Shown: positions 59,425-64,000 of the stretch, piece after piece | Layout of the letters: each line of letters starts with the position of its first letter | Position numbering within the stretch: the first letter of the stretch is position 1 | Source of the DNA: Pseudomonadota bacterium | Lineage (GTDB): Bacteria; Pseudomonadota; Gammaproteobacteria; Steroidobacterales; JBCBZW01 | DNA: 64,000 bases | Direction: 5' to 3' | Assembly: GCA_039815145.1 (NCBI GenBank) | Contig: JBCBZW010000007.1 | Span: forward strand, 1,192-65,191 | Made by a program: the position numbers and the translations under genes | The notes under the pieces: generated by a model | The model's input: the letters and a program-made list of their open reading frames with translations, nothing else | What the model was told of the DNA's origin: nothing | Database searches by the model: none

Positions 59425-62232
59425 TCACTCGTCCTGGCGGTACAGCACGGCCCACGGCGAGCGCATCACATCGCCGCGAACCTCTAGCGGAAACGGCGCG
59501 ATAGGCGTCGGCGCAAAGGGCTCGCAGCCGTAGGCATGACACTGGCGACCCCCGCCGTAGCGCACGGTCATGGTGTTGTCGCGGTAGTCGTAGGTGCCCC
59601 AGGTCTCCACCTGCAGCCCGGCCATGTAGCTCACCTCCATCTGCTGGAAGGTGCCGTCGCCCATGAGCTCCACGTACACCTCGACGCCGCCTTGCCCCTC
59701 ACCGGCCCAGGCACCCACGACCCGCGCTCTGGTCGGTGGTTTGACCGTGGGGATGTCGTCGTCGGGCGGGATGATCGTTGGGATTCCGTCATCGTCGCTG
59801 TTGGCGCCGCCGCCGCTGCCGCCACCTGATCCGCCGCCCGTGGGCTTGGGCTTGTTGGTGTCGGCCAGGCGCTGCGTGCGCCGCACCTGCACGATCTCGC
59901 CCACGGCCTGGCCACCGCCGCCGATGAGGGATTTGATCCACAGGCTGTCGGGCTGGGCAGGGTTGGCGAGGATCATGTAAGGGATGCGCCCCAGCAGCTT
60001 CTCGCCGCTCGCATCGAAAGTGAGGATGCTCAACATCGGCAGCAGGCGGTTGTCGAGCTCAACGAGGAAGTTCCAGTCCCGGGCCTCGGCCGGCAACGCC
60101 TCCTTGTCGGTGACCAGCGCCGCCACCCCATCGGCTACGGGTTGGCCGATGGCGAAGATCGGCGTGTCATCGTCCACGCTCGCCCAAACCCCGGCGAGCT
60201 TGTCGATGGTGAGCTGACGCGCGCCGTCGAAGCCCGCCGCGACTTCCCATTGGGGCGCAACACCGCGCACCGTCGCCCGCGCCACGTGGGTCTCGCCCGA
60301 GAGGTTCTCGGCGATGGCCCAGGTGGTGTAGTCGCCGTTCGGCACCTCGCTCATGATCAGTTCAAGGCCGTTCTTCCACGGCATCTGCACGCCGCGTCGC
60401 AGGGACGGCTCCTGCTCGCCGTCGGGGATGAACTCGTAGAGCAGGGTGACCTGGTCCGTCGGCTGGGGCTTCACGCCCCGCGGCACCACGCGCCCGTCCT
60501 TCATCTCCACCAGCAGGGCGATGCCGTCGGTTTTCCACGTCATTAGGTTGAAGGAGATCACGGCCTGGTGGCGACCGAGTTCGCTGTTCTCAAACTCGGC
60601 GAGGATGGAGACGCTCTGGCCCTCGCCCAGCTGCGCCTCGCTGGCGTCGAGGGTGGCGAAGCCGTAGGTCTCGCCGTTGCTGATGGTGTAGGTCGCCGGC
60701 ATCACCTCCATCTCGAGGGTGGCCGTATTACCCTTGAACACGGGCACCAGCAGTTCGGCCGCATCGCCGCTGGCGGCGAGCTTCTCCTCCAGGAAGCGCG
60801 AGTCGGTCATGTAGCCGCGACTCAAGATCAGATTCCCTTTCTCCTCGGGGCTGTAGCGGCCCGTCAGGCCCTGCACCCAAAGCAGGTTGTTGCCCTCCAC
60901 CTTCAGGCGCAGGGTGGTGCTATCGAGCATCGACGTCGTGGTGCGCTGCTGGCCGTTGCTGGCATCCACGTACTGGAAGTAGCTGATCTTGGGCGGCGCG
61001 CTCTGGCTGCCCTGGTGGCGATGCACGGCCTTGAGTAGCCGCGGCCAGCTGCTGCTGGCGCCGAAGCGGGTCTGCTCATAGGCGGGGTTGTAGGTCCCTG
61101 CGCTCGGGGGGGCGTAGATCGACATGCCGTGGCTGAGGCGATGGCGCAGGGAGTTGCGGCTGTCGACCACGGCGCTGTCCATCGCGTCGACTAGCTGCTG
61201 GAACTCCGCCTGGGCGGGGAACTGCTCGCCCAGAATTACCCGCGAGCGCTTCACCAGATCCAGGAGATCGGAGCTCGACAGCGCGTTCTGGGCCTGCTTG
61301 CGGTTGGTGTCCTTGCCCTGGGGGTTGAAGCTGTCGGCCCAGAAGATGGAGCGGGTGAGGCTGGTCCAGTGCTGGCGTGCCGTAGGCCCGATGCGGTTGG
61401 TCAGGGCGTCGATCGCGCCCTTCACCTGCTCCATCTGGCTGAGGTCGATGGCGGATTGGGTCGCCACCCGTTCGCCCACCTTCTCGGTGTGTTCGCCGTA
61501 GCGACGCACGATGTTCTGGGCCAGGCGCTTGGGGCCGGCCGTGGATTCGGCGAAGGCCGGCAGCAGCACATCGTAGGGCCAGCCGTAGCCGGGCTCCACG
61601 GCCTGCGAGGCCACCATGAAGCGGGCGAAGTCCGCCACCTCGTAGGCGATCTCCACCTGTGCCATGAGGCACATGTCGAAGCCGATGAGATCGAGCTTGC
61701 GCCCTTGGGGAATGGCGTTCGTGAGCGCCTGGCGCAGCTCTGGGAGGCTAAGGTTGTCGTGGGATTGGCCGGTGCCGGCGTCCTCGTCGTCGGCCATGCC
61801 CTGCCAACCGCCGCCGTGGTCCCACATCACCAAACCGTAGCGTTTGGCGGGGTAGTTGCCCACGCTGTACTGGATGAATTTCTCGAGGTTGCGCGGGTCG
61901 CCCGTGTTGATCTCGCCCAGGCGCTTGATCTCCTCGGAGGCGAGGGTGCCGCGTTCCTGGTTCGGGCGCATGCGCAGGATGCGGGCGTCGGTCCAGTCGC
62001 CGAGACCGTCCGTGTACTCCTTGGCGCGATCGATGAGGACGATGATCTCCACGCCCTGCTCGGGCATGCCGGCCTCGATTTCGTCGAGGTCGATGAGTGC
62101 GGCCTCCTCGAGGTTGTTGTCTGCCGCCATGTAGATCATCAGGGTCCAGTCGGCAGGCGCGGCCGTGGCGGCGCCGAGGACGCAGCTTGCCAACAGGGCG
62201 AGCGGACCTAATACATTCGATAAGCGAGTCAT
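59425..62232 (-). CDS. Clostripain-family (peptidase C11)-like secreted/lipoprotein protease with ~500-aa uncharacterised C-terminal region
   Basis: 935 aa. 'LLASC' lipobox-like signal. 'WTLMIYMAADNNLEEAAL.DL.E', catalytic His 'VMWDHGGGWQG' and Cys 'IGFDMCLMAQVE'. A GGGSGGGSGGG linker precedes the last ~115 aa. Confidence 0.8.
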   Translation of the reverse strand: MTRLSNVLGPLALLASCVLGAATAAPADWTLMIYMAADNNLEEAALIDLDEIEAGMPEQGVEIIVLIDRAKEYTDGLGDWTDARILRMRPNQERGTLASEEIKRLGEINTGDPRNLEKFIQYSVGNYPAKRYGLVMWDHGGGWQGMADDEDAGTGQSHDNLSLPELRQALTNAIPQGRKLDLIGFDMCLMAQVEIAYEVADFARFMVASQAVEPGYGWPYDVLLPAFAESTAGPKRLAQNIVRRYGEHTEKVGERVATQSAIDLSQMEQVKGAIDALTNRIGPTARQHWTSLTRSIFWADSFNPQGKDTNRKQAQNALSSSDLLDLVKRSRVILGEQFPAQAEFQQLVDAMDSAVVDSRNSLRHRLSHGMSIYAPPSAGTYNPAYEQTRFGASSSWPRLLKAVHRHQGSQSAPPKISYFQYVDASNGQQRTTTSMLDSTTLRLKVEGNNLLWVQGLTGRYSPEEKGNLILSRGYMTDSRFLEEKLAASGDAAELLVPVFKGNTATLEMEVMPATYTISNGETYGFATLDASEAQLGEGQSVSILAEFENSELGRHQAVISFNLMTWKTDGIALLVEMKDGRVVPRGVKPQPTDQVTLLYEFIPDGEQEPSLRRGVQMPWKNGLELIMSEVPNGDYTTWAIAENLSGETHVARATVRGVAPQWEVAAGFDGARQLTIDKLAGVWASVDDDTPIFAIGQPVADGVAALVTDKEALPAEARDWNFLVELDNRLLPMLSILTFDASGEKLLGRIPYMILANPAQPDSLWIKSLIGGGGQAVGEIVQVRRTQRLADTNKPKPTGGGSGGGSGGGANSDDDGIPTIIPPDDDIPTVKPPTRARVVGAWAGEGQGGVEVYVELMGDGTFQQMEVSYMAGLQVETWGTYDYRDNTMTVRYGGGRQCHAYGCEPFAPTPIAPFPLEVRGDVMRSPWAVLYRQDE

Positions 62233-63161
62233 CGACTGGATCCTCCGTCTTGCTCAGCCCAGGGATCGCTCGGCGTATCTCCCCACGGGTCGCCACCGCC
62301 GCTTTCGGGCGCACCGTCGGCCGCCCATGGATCGGCGCTGCTGTCCGCGGGTTTGTCGCCCAGCATCGCCTGGGCTTCCTCGTGGCCGTCGGCGGCGGCC
62401 TGCTCCAGCCACTGGGTGGCGGCCGCGTCATCGCGGGGGATGCCATCGCCTGCGCGCAGGAGGCGGGCGAGGCGCACCATGGCTTCGGTGTTGCCCTGGT
62501 CGGCGGCGGTCCAGTACCAGCGAGCCGCCTCTTCCATGCTGCGCTCCACGCCCGTGCCCTTGGCGTAGAAGCTGCCCATGTTGAGTTGGGCGATCGGATT
62601 GCCGGCGCCGGCTGCGAAGCGCATGTGCTCCACCGCTTTCTGTAGGTCGACGGTGATGCCGCCGTCGCCGGTGCTCAGGTAGTAGCCGAGCTGGGCGTGG
62701 GCATCGACGTAGCCCTGGCTGGCGGCCTTCTCGTGCCACCCGAAGGCCTTCTTCTCGTCCTTGGCCACGCCGTCACCCTGCTCCAAGGCGAGGCCGAGGT
62801 AGTACTGGCTCGGCGCGTCGCCCATCTGCGCGGCGCGCTCGTAGTACCACACGGCACTTTCGCGGTTGCGCGGGAAGGCGTTGATGCCGTTGATCGTGGA
62901 GGTGCTGCCCTGCCAGTACGCGTGGCCGAGGAGGCGGTGGGCGTGCACATCGCCCTTGCTGGCCTCGGCGTTCAGCACGTCGATGGGGGTGGGGCTGCGC
63001 TGGGCGTCGCCGATCTCCACCGTGGACGCGCCGTCTTCGAAGACCTTGATGATCAGCTTGCTGTCACGGAACTCGCTGGTGGTGGTGGACATCGGGCCCG
63101 GCGCGCAGGCGCCAAGGGTGAGCGAGATCGCAGCCAGCAGGGCTGAAAAGACGCGGGACAT
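62229..63161 (-). CDS. Sel1-repeat (TPR-like) lipoprotein
   Basis: ATG 63161 with GAGGAA SD. Lipobox 'LTLGAC'. At least 5 Sel1 repeats ('A..WYERAAQMGDAPSQYYLGLALEQG', 'AFGWHEKAASQGYVDAHAQLG', and others). ATGA overlap with the C11 gene. Confidence 0.8.
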   Translation of the reverse strand: MSRVFSALLAAISLTLGACAPGPMSTTTSEFRDSKLIIKVFEDGASTVEIGDAQRSPTPIDVLNAEASKGDVHAHRLLGHAYWQGSTSTINGINAFPRNRESAVWYYERAAQMGDAPSQYYLGLALEQGDGVAKDEKKAFGWHEKAASQGYVDAHAQLGYYLSTGDGGITVDLQKAVEHMRFAAGAGNPIAQLNMGSFYAKGTGVERSMEEAARWYWTAADQGNTEAMVRLARLLRAGDGIPRDDAAATQWLEQAAADGHEEAQAMLGDKPADSSADPWAADGAPESGGGDPWGDTPSDPWAEQDGGSSR

Positions 63162-63427
63162 GGTCGAATTCCTCAAGGCGAAACCGTCGTTAGCCCCTTA
63201 GGCGCAAGCGCCCCGAATATCGGCTCACTCCCCCTGAGACGCCGGAGGTTGGGCATTTGACGTAAGGACCAACGGGTTCCTTCCTCGCAGCTCGAGGACA
63301 TTCGTCCGATCTGCCCCCACGCACGTCCCGCTCGATCAGCGGCGAGGCAATCGCCTCGATGCCGTCGCTCCTCCTAACAGGCTCCGCTAGGCCGATCAGC
63401 AACAACAACAAGCACAAGGAGATCAAC

Positions 63428-64000
63428 ATGGCGGTCAAACTGCGTTGGATGACAGCGACCTTCGCGGGCGTGCTACTCGCCCAGGGTGCGATGGCGTCCA
63501 TCACCGAAGTGGACTACTTCTCGCTCGCGGGTACCGAACTCATCGACTTCGAGGGACTCCCCGGGGGCACGGCACCCGGCGTCAACTACGACGCCCTCAT
63601 CGACCTGGACGGCGCGACCTTCGGCGAGCGCTTCGACGGCCAGACGCTGGGCTTCAACGGCAACTCCGATGTGCTCTCTGGCACGCCGGCGGGAGGGTCC
63701 CTGTCGCTCGTCGCGGGCGATCCGAACCAGAACTTGAACATCTTCGAGCACAGCGGTTCGAACGTGCTCACGGGCCTGGGTCCGCTGGAGTTCCCCGACT
63801 TCAACGCCATCGGCGAAGGCGCCGTGTCGATCCTGTTCGACAACGATCAGTCGGAGTTCGGATTCCTCTCCGTCGGCGGCAACCTAGGCGGCGCTACCTT
63901 CGAGTTCTGGGGGCGCGACGGCAGCCTCATCGACACCTTGACCCCGATGGGACTGGGCACGGACTTCTTTGGCTTCACCACCACCGACGGGCTGCAGACG
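63428..64000 (+). CDS. Secreted hypothetical protein, 5' partial view (runs off the window; absent from ORF track)
   Basis: AAGGAG-N6-ATG at 63428. Signal peptide MAVKLRWMTATFAGVLLAQGAMA. The frame stays open for 191 codons to the window end, with GC-rich third positions. 'ELIDFEGLPGG' resembles the N-termini of PEP-CTERM-type exoproteins. Confidence 0.6.
   Translation, partial: MAVKLRWMTATFAGVLLAQGAMASITEVDYFSLAGTELIDFEGLPGGTAPGVNYDALIDLDGATFGERFDGQTLGFNGNSDVLSGTPAGGSLSLVAGDPNQNLNIFEHSGSNVLTGLGPLEFPDFNAIGEGAVSILFDNDQSEFGFLSVGGNLGGATFEFWGRDGSLIDTLTPMGLGTDFFGFTTTDGLQT

Noticed and set aside
62229-62360. Three DPW motifs in the Sel1 protein tail, reminiscent of eukaryotic AP-2 ear-binding DPW/DPF motifs
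   Set aside because: Tripeptide motifs in an acidic disordered tail are too short to carry significance without further evidence. Noted only as a repeat feature.
1-64000. Scan for tRNA/rRNA genes, CRISPR arrays, transposases, integrases, phage genes, toxin-antitoxin pairs and known defence systems
   Set aside because: None was recognised by eye in any frame. The only mobile-element-like feature is the 182-bp inverted-repeat element at 26018-26199, which is reported separately.

Overview
GC-rich (roughly two-thirds G+C by eye) proteobacterial chromosome segment. The polar-flagellum regulatory set (fleQ-like / fleS / fleR / flhF / fleN / fliA) points to a gammaproteobacterium, and many secreted proteins are very acidic, which looks like a halophile. 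The core (about 17.5-45.5 kb, all minus strand) is a flagellar regulon. In transcription order it reads: fleQ-like, fleS, fleR, fliE-F-G-H-I-J-K, then a ~4-kb non-flagellar block, then fliL-M-N-O-P-Q-R, a 182-bp inverted-repeat element, flhB, flhA, flhF, fleN, fliA, a small ORF, DUF2802 and a TlpA-like thioredoxin, with a SAM methyltransferase co-oriented just downstream. The non-flagellar block holds a 28-aa ORF, a MerR-like regulator, a Grx-like/DUF3429 fusion, ubiG and a DUF2256/DUF3253 protein. Three canonical sigma54 promoters (TGGCAC-N5-TTGC) lie upstream of fliE, fliK and fliL. The left flank (0-17 kb) carries a PilZ-like protein, a 1301-aa integrin-like FG-GAP/Ig-repeat secreted protein, and a small secreted protein followed by a TIMP-like CxC protein. 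It also carries a Tat-exported flavoprotein, hemN, a translationally coupled TauD-type plus PhyH-type dioxygenase pair, a small secreted protein, a two-subunit molybdo-hydroxylase and its TetR regulator. The right flank (45.8-64 kb) carries an HDOD protein, a cysteine-dioxygenase-like cupin, a Wzy_C/O-antigen-ligase-like membrane protein, the 1620-aa NAD-glutamate dehydrogenase and a 2-oxoacid dehydrogenase E1alpha/E1beta/E2 operon. It ends with kynA-maiA, a Sel1-repeat lipoprotein plus clostripain (C11)-like protease operon, and an open-ended secreted protein gene. I saw no rRNA, tRNA, CRISPR array, transposase, integrase or recognisable defence system. The ORF track allows GTG/TTG starts and contains many long shadow ORFs typical of high-GC DNA; several starts were re-set to internal ATGs with Shine-Dalgarno support. 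All family assignments come from motif recognition by eye, not from searches. The most interesting items are listed below.
- The structured inverted-repeat element between fliR and flhB.
- The non-flagellar regulatory/redox block that splits the flagellar cluster.
- The N-terminally truncated FleQ-like activator.
- The hyper-extended FlhF.
- The TIMP-like, dioxygenase-pair and Sel1/C11 operons.
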